A stretch of 64,000 bases of DNA from Verrucomicrobiota bacterium (GCA_008933025.1 WBXI01000001.1:8998-72997); one strand, 5' to 3'. Counted from the first letter of the stretch, positions 19,879 to 29,713 are shown. The notes: generated by a model not told the origin, from the sequence alone. Numbers and translations are program-made.

Positions 19879-22376
19879 GGGTTTGGACTTTGCGCGCGGG
19901 TCGCGGCGGGCCCGTCGATGCCCTGGAATGCAAGGGTCCCGACGAATTCCCCGCCCGGCTTCCCGATATCCGGCTTCGCGGGGCCGGGGGCTTGCAACCG
20001 GAACAGAACGATCCGCTCCGGCTCTTGCAGCAGCCGGGAGCGTCCCACGTGATCCGCCTGCACCTGTTCGCGCGCGAGTTCGGCCAGATTCTCGTCGTGG
20101 AATTGGAATCCCAACCGCCGTTGCCCGGGGCCGGCCACGATGGCGGACTTGATTCCGGCCGGGGTCGGTTCGAGGAGGCAATCGAGCCGCAACCCGTCGG
20201 GAACGACGCGCCGCATGGGAGTGGGGAGGGTGCCGGCGAACTCGACGCCGAACCGGTGCGGTGGCGCCCCCGCCTCGGAATTGAGGACGACAACGAGGAC
20301 CGATCCGGCGCGGGAAACCTCGGCGAAATGGACGCGCGCGTCGGATCGCTGGATTTGGGCCGTGGCGCGACCGGGGACGGGTTCCGATGGGGCCGCGGGC
20401 CGCGCCCGGGAAATCCATGCGACCACGGGCAACATGGCCACCGCGAGGAAGGCCACGAGGAAGCTCGGCACGAAGACCCCGGCGCGGCGTGCGCGGGAGA
20501 GGGGTTTCAAACCAAAGGCGGCGATCGCATCGGCGCGGTGCAATGCGATCTGGGCCGCGATGAACCAGAGCGTTTCCGCGAGACCCATGCCCATCATGAG
20601 CACGTTGGGCAACTCGATGACGTTGTAGTGCTGCTTGCCCAGGGCCAACCAGCCCAAGCCGGCGAACATGGCCAGATGGGTCGCGATCAGGAACCAGTTC
20701 AGCGCCGTCGCGACGCGGCGGACGCCTCGATGGACGCCGAGCAACGCCAACCCGGAGAAAAAGACGGCGACGCTGGAGGGATGGCTCTCGGAGACCAACC
20801 CGGGGATGGCGAGGAGGCCCCGGATTGCCGGGATCACGAGTCCGCCCGCGCCCAGGGCCAGGAGGATCCACGCCGCGGGGGGCATCCAACCGGGCGCCGG
20901 CCCGAGTGCCCGTCCGCCGACGGGTTTCCACCGCGCGACCACGAGGGTGCCCGCCCAAGCCACGGCCGCCATCAATCCCACCGCGCCGTCGTGCAGCACG
21001 GCGGCCTCTCCCCGGGCCACCGGCATCAGCGCCATCGACAACACACCCAGCAGCACCCCGGACGTCTGCACGACCAATCCCACGACCAACAAGGCCGAAC
21101 CCCGCGCGAGCCATCGGTCGGGAGCGGAGGGAACCGCGGGGAGCGCGAGGCCCAGGCTGACCGCCAGACGCTCGCGTCGCGACCAGACCGCGAGGGCGAG
21201 GGCGGCCACCCCCGAGGCCGCCAGCCAATCCATGGCCCCGCCGAAGAGTGGCCGTTCGGACATCCTCGCCAAGGTGGCGAACCCCTTCGCGATCCCGAAC
21301 GCCTGGGCGACCAAGGCGGCCGCCACCAAAAGGATTCCCGCGAGCAGCCACGGCTTGGCGCGGGCGGACACCGGCGCGAACAAGAAGGCGGGCAGGGCCT
21401 GCCGGGGCTGCGGATCGTCCGGGCCCGCCGGGCCAGGGGACGACGTCACGCCCTCGCATTGCGTCTTCACCTCGCCGGCCGATTGCTGGCGCAACTCGCG
21501 TTCCTTGGCGAGGGCACGCATCACGATCTCGTCGATTCGGGCGTCCAACTCCGCCTTGGCCGAGGGCGGCGCGAAGCGTCCCAGGGGAAGTTCGCCGGTG
21601 AGCAATTCGTAGAAGACGACCCCCAGCGAATAGATGTCGGCCCGGTGATCGACCGAGGACGGGTCCTCGATCTGTTCCGGGGCCATGTAGGTCGGCGTGC
21701 CCAACCGGGAACCGCTGAGGGTAAGGCCGCGGTCGGGCGATTCCTCGCCGACCAACTTGGCGATGCCGAAGTCGACGATCTTCGCGTGGCCCCGGACATC
21801 GAGGAGAATGTTCTCGGGCTTGATGTCGCGATGCAGGACGCCTTGGTCGTGCGCGTATTGGAGGGCCTCGCAGATCCGCGGCACCACGGCGAGGGCGGCG
21901 GCGGGGGAGAATCGACCGGCATCCATGGCCTGCCGGAGATTCACGCCGTCGACGTATTCCATGAGGAGGAAACAGAACCCGTCGGCGACGCCGAAGTCAT
22001 GGATGGCGACGATGCCCGGATGGTTGAGCCGGGCCAACGCGCGGGCCTCGCGGTGAAAGCGCCCGGCGAATTGCGGGTCGAGGCGGGGATCGTCGGGCAG
22101 GATCTTGAGCGCGGCGAGGCGTCCCAGTTTCGGTTGGCGGACCTTGTAGACGAAGCCCATGCCGCCGCGACCGACGAGGCCGAGGATCTCGAGGTGCGGG
22201 AAGGATCGGGCGAGGACGGCCGCGTCCGGGGGTTCGGCGCCGGCGGCGGAAGTGCCCGACTCGGTGTGGCCCGTCGCCGCGAGCATGACGCAGCGCGGGC
22301 ACAGGCCCTGGGGTGCGTCCGGCGGGATGGCGGCGGCGCACTGGGGACATCGGGGGATCGAGGAGTCGGAGTTCAT
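19875..22376 (-). CDS. polytopic membrane Ser/Thr protein kinase with N-terminal zinc-ribbon
   Basis: 833 aa. CPQC..CPRC, GRGGMGFVYKV..AALK, HRDIKPENILL, DFGIAK and GTPTYMAPE. These are followed by about 300 aa of hydrophobic segments and a roughly 190 aa soluble C-terminus. Confidence 0.9.
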   Translation of the reverse strand: MNSDSSIPRCPQCAAAIPPDAPQGLCPRCVMLAATGHTESGTSAAGAEPPDAAVLARSFPHLEILGLVGRGGMGFVYKVRQPKLGRLAALKILPDDPRLDPQFAGRFHREARALARLNHPGIVAIHDFGVADGFCFLLMEYVDGVNLRQAMDAGRFSPAAALAVVPRICEALQYAHDQGVLHRDIKPENILLDVRGHAKIVDFGIAKLVGEESPDRGLTLSGSRLGTPTYMAPEQIEDPSSVDHRADIYSLGVVFYELLTGELPLGRFAPPSAKAELDARIDEIVMRALAKERELRQQSAGEVKTQCEGVTSSPGPAGPDDPQPRQALPAFLFAPVSARAKPWLLAGILLVAAALVAQAFGIAKGFATLARMSERPLFGGAMDWLAASGVAALALAVWSRRERLAVSLGLALPAVPSAPDRWLARGSALLVVGLVVQTSGVLLGVLSMALMPVARGEAAVLHDGAVGLMAAVAWAGTLVVARWKPVGGRALGPAPGWMPPAAWILLALGAGGLVIPAIRGLLAIPGLVSESHPSSVAVFFSGLALLGVHRGVRRVATALNWFLIATHLAMFAGLGWLALGKQHYNVIELPNVLMMGMGLAETLWFIAAQIALHRADAIAAFGLKPLSRARRAGVFVPSFLVAFLAVAMLPVVAWISRARPAAPSEPVPGRATAQIQRSDARVHFAEVSRAGSVLVVVLNSEAGAPPHRFGVEFAGTLPTPMRRVVPDGLRLDCLLEPTPAGIKSAIVAGPGQRRLGFQFHDENLAELAREQVQADHVGRSRLLQEPERIVLFRLQAPGPAKPDIGKPGGEFVGTLAFQGIDGPAATRAQSPNP

Positions 22377-22489
22377 GCATCCACTTCCTGAGGGAACCGG
22401 CCGCGAGTGTTACACGGGTTCGCGCCGGAGGGGCAGGACGGATGGGTGTTCAAGGCATTCCCAGCCCGCGGGCCACCGCGGGGACCCGG

Positions 22490-22534
22490 CGTGCGGTCGC
22501 GACGGCATTCGATTCACCGTGCGGTCGCGACGGC
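22490..22534. repeat. perfect 17-nt direct repeat, period 28 nt
   Basis: CGTGCGGTCGCGACGGC occurs at 22490-22506 and 22518-22534. It contains the palindromic core TCGCGA. It lies 114-158 nt upstream of the kinase ATG, in a 345-nt non-coding gap. Confidence 0.8.
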
Positions 22535-22722
22535 CAGGACGCGCGGGCAACGCAGGCCGGCGGCCACCCCGACGACCTCGAGGCCGCACGACCGGAGACG
22601 GACGGCAACGGATTCGGGTCGTCGCGTGGGGGCCGCGTGCCGGAAAGCCACGCGCCGGGAGTCCCGGGTCCACCACGGCCGGACGCGTGGGTCATGGCTT
22701 GGCCCGCGCCCGGGCCGGACCC

Positions 22723-23187
22723 TCAGGGGTTGACGAAATGGATGCCGTGCTCGGCGGCGATCCCGACGATCCGCGCCATGTCGGGCGGGCCGGGTTTGGC
22801 GAACTCGTCCGCGCAGCGCCCGAAGAAAACCTCGAAACCGGCGGGCTTGGTATGGATCAGGAGTTTCAGGGGGGTGTCCCCGCAATTCCGGAACGTGTGC
22901 ACCAATCCCCTCGGGATGAACACCGTCGTTCCCACCGGGACCTCGCCCCAGGCGCCGTCCCGGAAAAACTCCACGCGGCCCTCGAGCACAAGGAACCATT
23001 CCTCCTCGTTGCGGTGATAGTGCGGCGGGGGTCCGCCGCCCGGCGGCGTCACGTCGGTAAACATCGCGAATTCGCCGCCGGTGTCCGCGCCGCCCAGATG
23101 GACGGTGATTTCGTCGCCGAACGCGCGCAGGACCTTGCCGGTGCCGGGGAGTACCACCACGGGATGGAGGGGTGTCTTGGTGCTCAT
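22723..23187 (-). CDS. cupin-domain protein
   Basis: 154 aa from the ATG at 23187. PPHYHRNEEEWFLVLEGRVEF..VFIPRGLVHTF is the two-motif cupin signature. Confidence 0.75.
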   Translation of the reverse strand: MSTKTPLHPVVVLPGTGKVLRAFGDEITVHLGGADTGGEFAMFTDVTPPGGGPPPHYHRNEEEWFLVLEGRVEFFRDGAWGEVPVGTTVFIPRGLVHTFRNCGDTPLKLLIHTKPAGFEVFFGRCADEFAKPGPPDMARIVGIAAEHGIHFVNP

Positions 23188-23396
23188 GGAACGCTGGAAA
23201 TGTCGTTTGCCCGAAATTCCAAACCAGACGGCAATGGACGGCAAGAGGCGATCCTCGGCATGGGAAAGACGTCGGGATGGTCGCCGCCATGGTTGGCCGG
23301 CGGAGGGGACGGGCGACCGGCCCCGGCACGCGGGACGTCCACGGGCTTTCGCTTGCAGCGATCGTCCCGCCGCCCGCAGCCTCCACCCTTCCTCCG

Positions 23397-25805
23397 ATGC
23401 GATTGCCGATGAATTCCCAGCGTGCCTGGACGGTGGCTTGGTTCTGCCTAGGCCTCCTCGCGCTCCGCGCCGCGCCCATTGCCACGCCGCCCGCCACCCT
23501 CGACCTCGCGAAGGCCACCGTCGTCGTGCGGCCCGGCACCCTGCCGCCCGCGGAACAAACGGCGGCCCGGATCCTCGTCGAGGAAGTCCAACGCCGCACC
23601 GGCTTGCGTTGGGGCATCGCCACCGAGTGGCCGCGCCGTGGCGCGGTGGTCGCCTTGTCCGGGGGCGCGGCGTTGCCCGGTTGGCCGGCCATCCTGCCGG
23701 CGGATCCCGACCGGGACGCGCGGGCATCCAGACCCGAGGGTTTCCGTCTCGTGGCCGCGGGCGCGGGATCGACGAGGCCCGTGGTCTGGATCCAAGGCGC
23801 CGACGCGCGGGGCGCGTTGTTCGGGGTGGGACAACTCCTGCGCTCGCTCGAATGGGGCAAGGGCAGCGCGGCGTTGCCGGCCGGCCTCGACGTGGCCACC
23901 GCGCCCGCGTTGCCGATCCGCGGGCACCAACTGGGGTACCGCCACACGGCGAACAGCTACGACGGGTGGGACGAACGGCAGTTCGAGCAATACATCCGCG
24001 AGTTGGCGTTGTTCGGCGCGAACAGCATCGAGGCCATCCCGTTCCACGACACCCGGAAGAGCCCGCACATGCCGATCCCGCGGGACGCGATGAACCGGAA
24101 GATCAGCGAGATTTGCGACCGGTACGGGATGGACCACTGGATCTGGGCGCCGGCGGACTTCGATCTCCGTGACGCGGCCAAGCGGGCCGAACACCTGGCG
24201 GCGCACGCGGCGTTGTTCCGGGATTGCCCGCGGATGGACGCGGTGTTCTTCCCCGGGGGCGACCCGGGCGACAACCCGCCCGAGGTGGTGCTCGAGTACC
24301 TCGCCGAACTTTCCGTCCCGTTGCGACGCCACCACCCGAAAGCGACGATCTGGCTGTCGATGCAGGGATTCCGGAAGGTGCAGGTGGACTACGTGCGGGA
24401 ATGGTTCGGGCGGAACTCGCCGGACTGGCTCGGGGGATTGGTGGCGGGGCCGAGCAGCCCGCCCATCCCGGAGATCCGGTCGTGGTTGCCGGCGCGGTAT
24501 GGGCTGCGGGATTATCCGGACATCACCCACACGGTGCGGTGCCAGTTCCCGGTGTCGTGGTGGGACCCGGCCTATCATCTGACGCTGGGCCGCGAACCGG
24601 CGAACCCGCGCCCGGTGTTCCAGAAAGCCATCCTCGACCAATTTGGTCCGTACACCTCGGGCTTCATCACCTACTCCGACGGGGCGCACGACGACGTGAA
24701 CAAGACCGTGTGGAGCCGGCTGGGTTGGCAACCGGATGCCGGGGCGCGGGACATCGTGCTCGAGTACGCCCGGTGCTTTTTCGGGGCCGCGGCGGCGCAA
24801 CCGGCGGCCGACGGGATCCTCGCGTTGGAAAAGAATTGGGAGGGACCGCTGGCGGACAACGGCGGGGTCGAGGCCACCTTGGCCCTGTGGGAACGCCTCG
24901 AGCGCGGGCATCCGGAACTACACGGCGACTGGCGTTGGCAGCTTTGCCTGTTGCGGGCGTACTACGATGCCTACACCCGCCAGCGCCTGCTCCACGAGAC
25001 CGAACAGGAGCGCCGGGCCAACGCATGCCTCGCGACCGCGCCACGCGTCGGCGCGGATGCGGCGATGGACTCCGCGTTGGCATTGGCCCGAATGGAAATC
25101 GCCGACCCGGTTGCCCGTAAACGCCGGGCCCGGATCGGGGAATTGTGCGCGGACCTGTTCCGCACCATCCGCCTGCAGACCAGCGTGCCATTGTACCAGG
25201 CCAGCGGCTACGAGCGCGGCGCGGTCCTCGATTTCGTCGACCAACCGCTCAACAACCGCCGCTGGCTCGAGGACGAGTTCCGCCGCGTCCGCGGCCTTGC
25301 CTCCGAGGGGGCCAAACTCCGGGAACTGGAGACCATCCGACGCTGGGAAAACCCCGGCCCGGGCAGTTTCTACGACGAGGTCGGCAACATCGCGAAATCG
25401 CCGCGGGTGGTGCGGGGCGAGGGCACCAACACGGACCCGACGATGGAGCGGAACCCGAACCCCGGGTACTGGTGGTGGGACGACGGCAAGACCCGGAAGC
25501 GGCTGTCGTTGCTGACCAGCGTGGATTGGCCGATCGGACTCCGTTACCACCACCTGGACGCGTCGGCGTCGTACCGGTTGAAAATGACCGGATCGGGCCG
25601 GCCGAAGGTTCGGGCCAACGGGCAATTGCTGGCGCCGGTGAAGGACGGACGCATCGAGGTGGGCGAATCGATGGAATGGGTGGTCCCGGCCGGGACCCTC
25701 CGCAACGGGGACCTGTTGGTGACCTTCGACGCGTTGCCGGAGGAGGCCGAACTCAATTGGCGGAAGCAATCGCGCGTGAGCGAGGTGTGGCTGTTGCGGG
25801 AATGA
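23397..25805 (+). CDS. secreted large protein, probable glycoside-hydrolase-like (family not recognised)
   Basis: 802 aa from the ATG at 23397. Signal peptide MRLPMNSQRAWTVAWFCLGLLALRAAP. HQLGYRHTANSYDGW..ELALFGANSIE suggests a TIM-barrel hydrolase. The functional call is weak. Confidence 0.5.
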   Translation: MRLPMNSQRAWTVAWFCLGLLALRAAPIATPPATLDLAKATVVVRPGTLPPAEQTAARILVEEVQRRTGLRWGIATEWPRRGAVVALSGGAALPGWPAILPADPDRDARASRPEGFRLVAAGAGSTRPVVWIQGADARGALFGVGQLLRSLEWGKGSAALPAGLDVATAPALPIRGHQLGYRHTANSYDGWDERQFEQYIRELALFGANSIEAIPFHDTRKSPHMPIPRDAMNRKISEICDRYGMDHWIWAPADFDLRDAAKRAEHLAAHAALFRDCPRMDAVFFPGGDPGDNPPEVVLEYLAELSVPLRRHHPKATIWLSMQGFRKVQVDYVREWFGRNSPDWLGGLVAGPSSPPIPEIRSWLPARYGLRDYPDITHTVRCQFPVSWWDPAYHLTLGREPANPRPVFQKAILDQFGPYTSGFITYSDGAHDDVNKTVWSRLGWQPDAGARDIVLEYARCFFGAAAAQPAADGILALEKNWEGPLADNGGVEATLALWERLERGHPELHGDWRWQLCLLRAYYDAYTRQRLLHETEQERRANACLATAPRVGADAAMDSALALARMEIADPVARKRRARIGELCADLFRTIRLQTSVPLYQASGYERGAVLDFVDQPLNNRRWLEDEFRRVRGLASEGAKLRELETIRRWENPGPGSFYDEVGNIAKSPRVVRGEGTNTDPTMERNPNPGYWWWDDGKTRKRLSLLTSVDWPIGLRYHHLDASASYRLKMTGSGRPKVRANGQLLAPVKDGRIEVGESMEWVVPAGTLRNGDLLVTFDALPEEAELNWRKQSRVSEVWLLRE

Positions 25806-26095
25806 GGACGGCGCGGAACCCGCGGCCGGGACGGCCGCCTGCGATTTCCGCCGGATTCGGCGCGTTGTTTCGGGAAGCCGGACCGAGGATCCCCGATCTT
25901 TCGGCTGCCCGATCCAGGGACGCCGCCCCGGCGGGCCCGGCCTGCAACATGGCGCGTTGGAAAACCGGATTGCGGTGCGCGTGCTCGCACCCGGCGCGTC
26001 CACCCGCAATGCGGAGACACACCCTCGCGGGCGCGCCGGCCAACAGATCGCTTGCCTCCCCGTGGAACCCCGGCCACTCATAGCGGACACGGTCC

Positions 26096-26608
26096 ATGGC
26101 GCGCCTCCGCCGCGGACAACGCATGTCGTCCCTCCACAAGATCATTCCGGCCGCGGAGCTACCCGCGTGGCGCGAGACCCTGCGCCGCTCGGGGCGGCGT
26201 CTCGTCGTCACCAACGGCTGCTTCGACCTGATCCACGCCGGCCACGTCGATTACCTCGAGGCGGCGCGCGCCCGGGGCGACGCCCTGCTCGTGGGCCTGA
26301 ACGGGGACGATTCCGTCCGCCAACTCAAGGGCCCCACCCGCCCCGTGACCCCGGAACAGGACCGCGCCCGCATCCTCGCCGCGCTCGCCTGCGTCGATGC
26401 CGTGTGTGTCTTTCCCGAGGTCCGGGCCGTCCGGTTTCTCGGCGTCGCGCAACCCGACGTCTACGTGAAGGGCGGCGACTACACCCTGGAAACCATCAAC
26501 CAGGACGAACGGCGCGCCGTCGAGTCCCATGGCGGGACCATCGTTTTCCAGGCGTTCCTTCCGGGGCGCTCGACGAGTGGTCTTCTCGAGAAGATCCAGC
26601 GTCTGTAA
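26096..26608 (+). CDS. D-glycero-beta-D-manno-heptose-1-phosphate adenylyltransferase (RfaE domain II / HldC-like cytidylyltransferase)
   Basis: 170 aa. VVTNGCFDLIHAGHVDYLEAAR..LLVGLNGDDSVRQLKGPTRPV..; the start may be the MSSLHK ATG at 26123. Confidence 0.85.
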   Translation: MARLRRGQRMSSLHKIIPAAELPAWRETLRRSGRRLVVTNGCFDLIHAGHVDYLEAARARGDALLVGLNGDDSVRQLKGPTRPVTPEQDRARILAALACVDAVCVFPEVRAVRFLGVAQPDVYVKGGDYTLETINQDERRAVESHGGTIVFQAFLPGRSTSGLLEKIQRL

Positions 26609-26643
26609 GGCGCCGCGACGCGTCCCTTCAAAACACGAATCCC

Positions 26644-26946
26644 ATGTCCGAAACAGAATCCACACGTCTTCCGGGCGCCGTCGTGCGCCAACTCCGGTCC
26701 CGCGCCCAAAAGCTGGAACCCGTCATCAAGGTAGGCCACGCCGGGGCGTCGCCCGCGTTGTTGAAGAGCCTCGACGATGCCCTGACTTTGCACGAGTTGG
26801 TGAAGATCCGCCTGACCGACCACAAGGACCAGAAGAAGGAGGTCGCCCGCCAACTTGCCGACGCCAGCCGCAGTCACCTGGTGTGGCTCATCGGGCACTG
26901 CGTGGTGCTCTACCGCGAGCGCCCCAAGGCCGCCGCGGCGGCCTGA
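26644..26946 (+). CDS. YhbY/CRM-domain RNA-binding protein
   Basis: 100 aa from the ATG at 26644. LRSRAQKLEPVIKVGHAGASPALLKSLDDALTLHELVKIRL..LIGHCVVLYR. Confidence 0.8.
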   Translation: MSETESTRLPGAVVRQLRSRAQKLEPVIKVGHAGASPALLKSLDDALTLHELVKIRLTDHKDQKKEVARQLADASRSHLVWLIGHCVVLYRERPKAAAAA

Positions 26947-27160
26947 GATCCTTCCGGTCCACGGCGGGGAGGCCTCGAGGACATCGCGGGAATCCCGGGT
27001 GCCGCTTCGGGCTCGGCCCTGCCCGCAAGTTGTGGCCACCCGCATCCCGCGGCTTCCCGGACCGCACCGAAAGGGTGCGCCAACGGCAATCAAGGTTGCG
27101 ATGGACCCGTTGACCGGGCCGGCGCCGGCGCATAGACGTTTTCACGGCAAAGGAGTCGTC

Positions 27161-27613
27161 ATGAAAACCCCCTTGGCAATCTTCCTCGCGCTCGTCGTGG
27201 CCTCGTTCGCCGGTGGCTGTGCCACGGGTCCGAAATACCAGGAGTACCGCGCCACCATTCCCCCGATCCCATCCGGCCAAGGTCGCGTCTGGGTCTATCG
27301 GCCCAGCAAAATGATCGGGGCCGCGGTCCAACCCCTCGTGCATCTGAACGACGTGGTCGTCGGCAAGTCGCAACCCGGGTGTTACTTCTTCGCGGACCGA
27401 CCGGCCGGCGACTACGAGGTGAAGACCGCGACCGAATGGGCCGACAAACTCCAGATCAAGCTGCTCGCGGGCGAGGAAAAGTACGTGCGCCTGACGATGC
27501 TTCCGGGCGTGTTCGTCGGGCACCTCAAGCCCGGCGAGGTTCCGAAAGAGCAGGCGCTCCGGGAACTGGAGGGGTGCCGCCTGATCACCGCCGACGGTGC
27601 CGGCGCGCGTTGA
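27161..27613 (+). CDS. lipoprotein (DUF2846-like)
   Basis: 150 aa. AAGGAG sits 5 nt upstream of the ATG. Lipobox LVVASFAGGC. GRVWVYRP..GCYFFADRPAGDYEV resembles DUF2846. Confidence 0.65.
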   Translation: MKTPLAIFLALVVASFAGGCATGPKYQEYRATIPPIPSGQGRVWVYRPSKMIGAAVQPLVHLNDVVVGKSQPGCYFFADRPAGDYEVKTATEWADKLQIKLLAGEEKYVRLTMLPGVFVGHLKPGEVPKEQALRELEGCRLITADGAGAR

Positions 27614-27761
27614 TCGTCCCCGACCGGGTTTGCCCCCGACGACGGCGGTAACCATTCCGGATGCCGGTCGGTCTTAGCCGGCAGATCTTCCACGACACCC
27701 GGCGGCGCGCTCCCGCGTCGTCCGGGATTCGGCGTTGGGATCAACCCGTCCGAGGTCCGGC

Positions 27762-28637
27762 ATGCACCGAAAACAATTCCATCCGTCGGGCCCGCTGCCC
27801 GGAGGCCGTGGGTCCGACGCCCGCGTCCGGCGCGCGTCCGGCGCCGGGGCTTTCACGCTGATCGAACTGCTGGTGGTCATCGCGATCATCTCGATCCTCG
27901 CGGGCCTTCTCCTGCCGGCATTGGTCCATGCCCGGGAAGTGGCCCGGCGCGCGAAGTGCCTCAACAACGAGCGCCAACTCGCGATCGCCTGGTCGCTTTA
28001 CGCCAACGACAACCGCGACCGCGCGGTCAACAATGGCTCCCAGCAACCGGGCGACACCCTCGCCAAGCTCTGGGTCATGGGCGGCTATCACAATTTCACG
28101 GCGGCGTTCACCAACGACCATTTCCTCACCGACCGGAAATACGCGCTGTTCGCCCCGTACATCGGTACCCGCCAGACCTACCAATGCCCGTCCGACAAGA
28201 CCACCATCGTGGTCCAGCGCGGCAGACCGATCCTGCAGGTGCGCAGTTACGCGATGAACCTCTACGTGGGCACCGACGACTCGATGGCCGAACGGCTTGC
28301 CCCGCACTACCAGATCTTCGGGAAGATCTCCGATTTCCGGACCCCGTCCGACTACTTCCTTCACCAGGACACCACGCCCCAGAGCCTTTGCACCCCGGCA
28401 TTCATCGTCCTCATGCCCGGCGCGGGTGGTGGCGACACATTTTTCCACATCCCGGCCACGCACCACAGTCGCGGCGGCATGGTCTCCTATGCCGATGGGC
28501 ACGCGGCGGCGCACCGATGGCTCGACCCGAAGGTGTTCGCCAACTCGCCCATCGGGGTCCGCATCCAGCACAATCTGTCCTCGCCCGGCAGCACGGACCT
28601 GCAGTGGTTGCGCGACCACACCACCCTGCGGCGGTGA
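27762..28637 (+). CDS. prepilin-type N-terminal cleavage/methylation protein with DUF1559 (H-X9-DG) domain
   Basis: [26 protein letters not shown] class III signal sequence, and C-terminal [14 protein letters not shown] (H-x9-DG). The start may be the TTG at 27735. Confidence 0.85.
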   Translation: MHRKQFHPSGPLPGGRGSDARVRRASGAGAFTLIELLVVIAIISILAGLLLPALVHAREVARRAKCLNNERQLAIAWSLYANDNRDRAVNNGSQQPGDTLAKLWVMGGYHNFTAAFTNDHFLTDRKYALFAPYIGTRQTYQCPSDKTTIVVQRGRPILQVRSYAMNLYVGTDDSMAERLAPHYQIFGKISDFRTPSDYFLHQDTTPQSLCTPAFIVLMPGAGGGDTFFHIPATHHSRGGMVSYADGHAAAHRWLDPKVFANSPIGVRIQHNLSSPGSTDLQWLRDHTTLRR

Positions 28638-28929
28638 CGGCTCGGGTGACCCGGCCTGCCCACTGCAATCCGCGGGACCCATGCGGCACCCGTGTGGCGG
28701 GGCGCGCCTTCGCGGGGCGGATCCTCCATTTCAGGACTGCGGCCATCCCCCTTCTGCCCGCGCAGGTCCCACCGCGGAAGCGACCGGCCTTCCCGGGGGA
28801 CCCGCCGTCCGACGACGGTCACGCGGTGGTGCATCGAGCCACGACGGCCCGGTGATTCCCACGGCATCGCCTTCCAGAACGGGGCCTTTTCGGATCGTTG
28901 GAATCGCCCTAGAGTGCCCGTGCCTTCCC

Positions 28930-29652
28930 ATGAAACGTCTCGTCGTCCTCGCCCTCGCGTTCCCCCTCGTGGCCGCCGCCGAAAAGGGAGCCAAACCCGA
29001 CGTCGCCAAGCTGCCCCTGCCGGTGGCGCGCCCGGTCGACTTCGCCAAGGAGGTCTATCCGCTGTTCAAGGAGGCCTGCTTCAAGTGCCACGGCCCCGAA
29101 AAACAGAAGGGGAAATACCGCATGGATACCCGCGAGGGCGCCTTCAAGATCACCGACGACTACGGCCCCTCCATCAAGGCCGGGCGGTCCGAGGAGAGCG
29201 CGGTCATCCACATGGTGGCCGGACTCGTCGACGAAATGCTCATGCCACCGCCGAGCGACAAACCCGGCCAGAGCGAGAAACTCACCGCCGAGCAGATCGG
29301 CATGCTGCGGGCCTGGATCGACCAAGGGGCCCGGTGGCCGGAGGGACCGATCGCCGAATTCGTGAAGCCGGTGACCTTCGCGGGCGACATCCAACCGCTG
29401 TTTGCCCAGGCATGCGGCAACTGCCATGCCGGGCCCGGGGCCAAGGGCTCGTTCTCCGTCGAGACCGCGGCCGCCGTCCTCAAGGGCGGCGCGAATTACC
29501 CCAAACTGGTGACGCCCGGGGACGCCTCGAAGAGTTCCCTGATCACGATTGTTTCGGGCAAGGACGAGGATTTGCCCGCGCCCGAAAAGCACAAACTCGC
29601 CCCGAAACAGATCGAACTGGTGGGGAAATGGATCGCGCAAGGTGCAAAATGA
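28930..29652 (+). CDS. secreted protein with two PSCyt1 (planctomycete cytochrome c) domains
   Basis: 240 aa. Signal peptide MKRLVVLALAFPLVAAA. Two repeats: F..EVYPLFKEACFKCHGPEKQKGKYRMD..MPP..L..WIDQGA and DIQPLFAQACGNCH..KWIAQGA. Confidence 0.75.
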   Translation: MKRLVVLALAFPLVAAAEKGAKPDVAKLPLPVARPVDFAKEVYPLFKEACFKCHGPEKQKGKYRMDTREGAFKITDDYGPSIKAGRSEESAVIHMVAGLVDEMLMPPPSDKPGQSEKLTAEQIGMLRAWIDQGARWPEGPIAEFVKPVTFAGDIQPLFAQACGNCHAGPGAKGSFSVETAAAVLKGGANYPKLVTPGDASKSSLITIVSGKDEDLPAPEKHKLAPKQIELVGKWIAQGAK

Positions 29653-29684
29653 CGGGCACCGGCGTTTCCGCCCCGACTCCCCCG

Positions 29685-29713
29685 TTGACCCCGCGTCGGC
29701 GCTGACCATACTC
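29685..29713 (+). promoter_or_regulatory. candidate sigma-70-type promoter upstream of carA
   Basis: TTGACC (29685-90), a 16-nt spacer, then CATACT (29707-12), about 55 nt upstream of the carA ATG. Pattern match only. Confidence 0.25.

Noticed and set aside
18155-20293. Upstream part of the 922-aa ORF 17525..20293 (-), and likewise the upstream part of 19150..21459 (-)
   Set aside because: These extensions run out of frame through the RraA-like, sigma and kinase genes and are Arg/Gly/Pro-rich. The real genes start at internal ATGs (18154 and 19878), where a signal peptide and sigma motifs begin respectively.
22407-22733. ORFs of 81-108 aa in the cupin-kinase gap
   Set aside because: All are Arg/Pro/Gly-rich, with no codon-position GC bias typical of the real genes here. 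The region is treated as non-coding.
25806-26095. Possible small gene in the 290-nt gap (ORFs 25753..26214 minus, 25957.. plus)
   Set aside because: The composition is shadow-like, they overlap neighbouring real genes, and no motifs are present.
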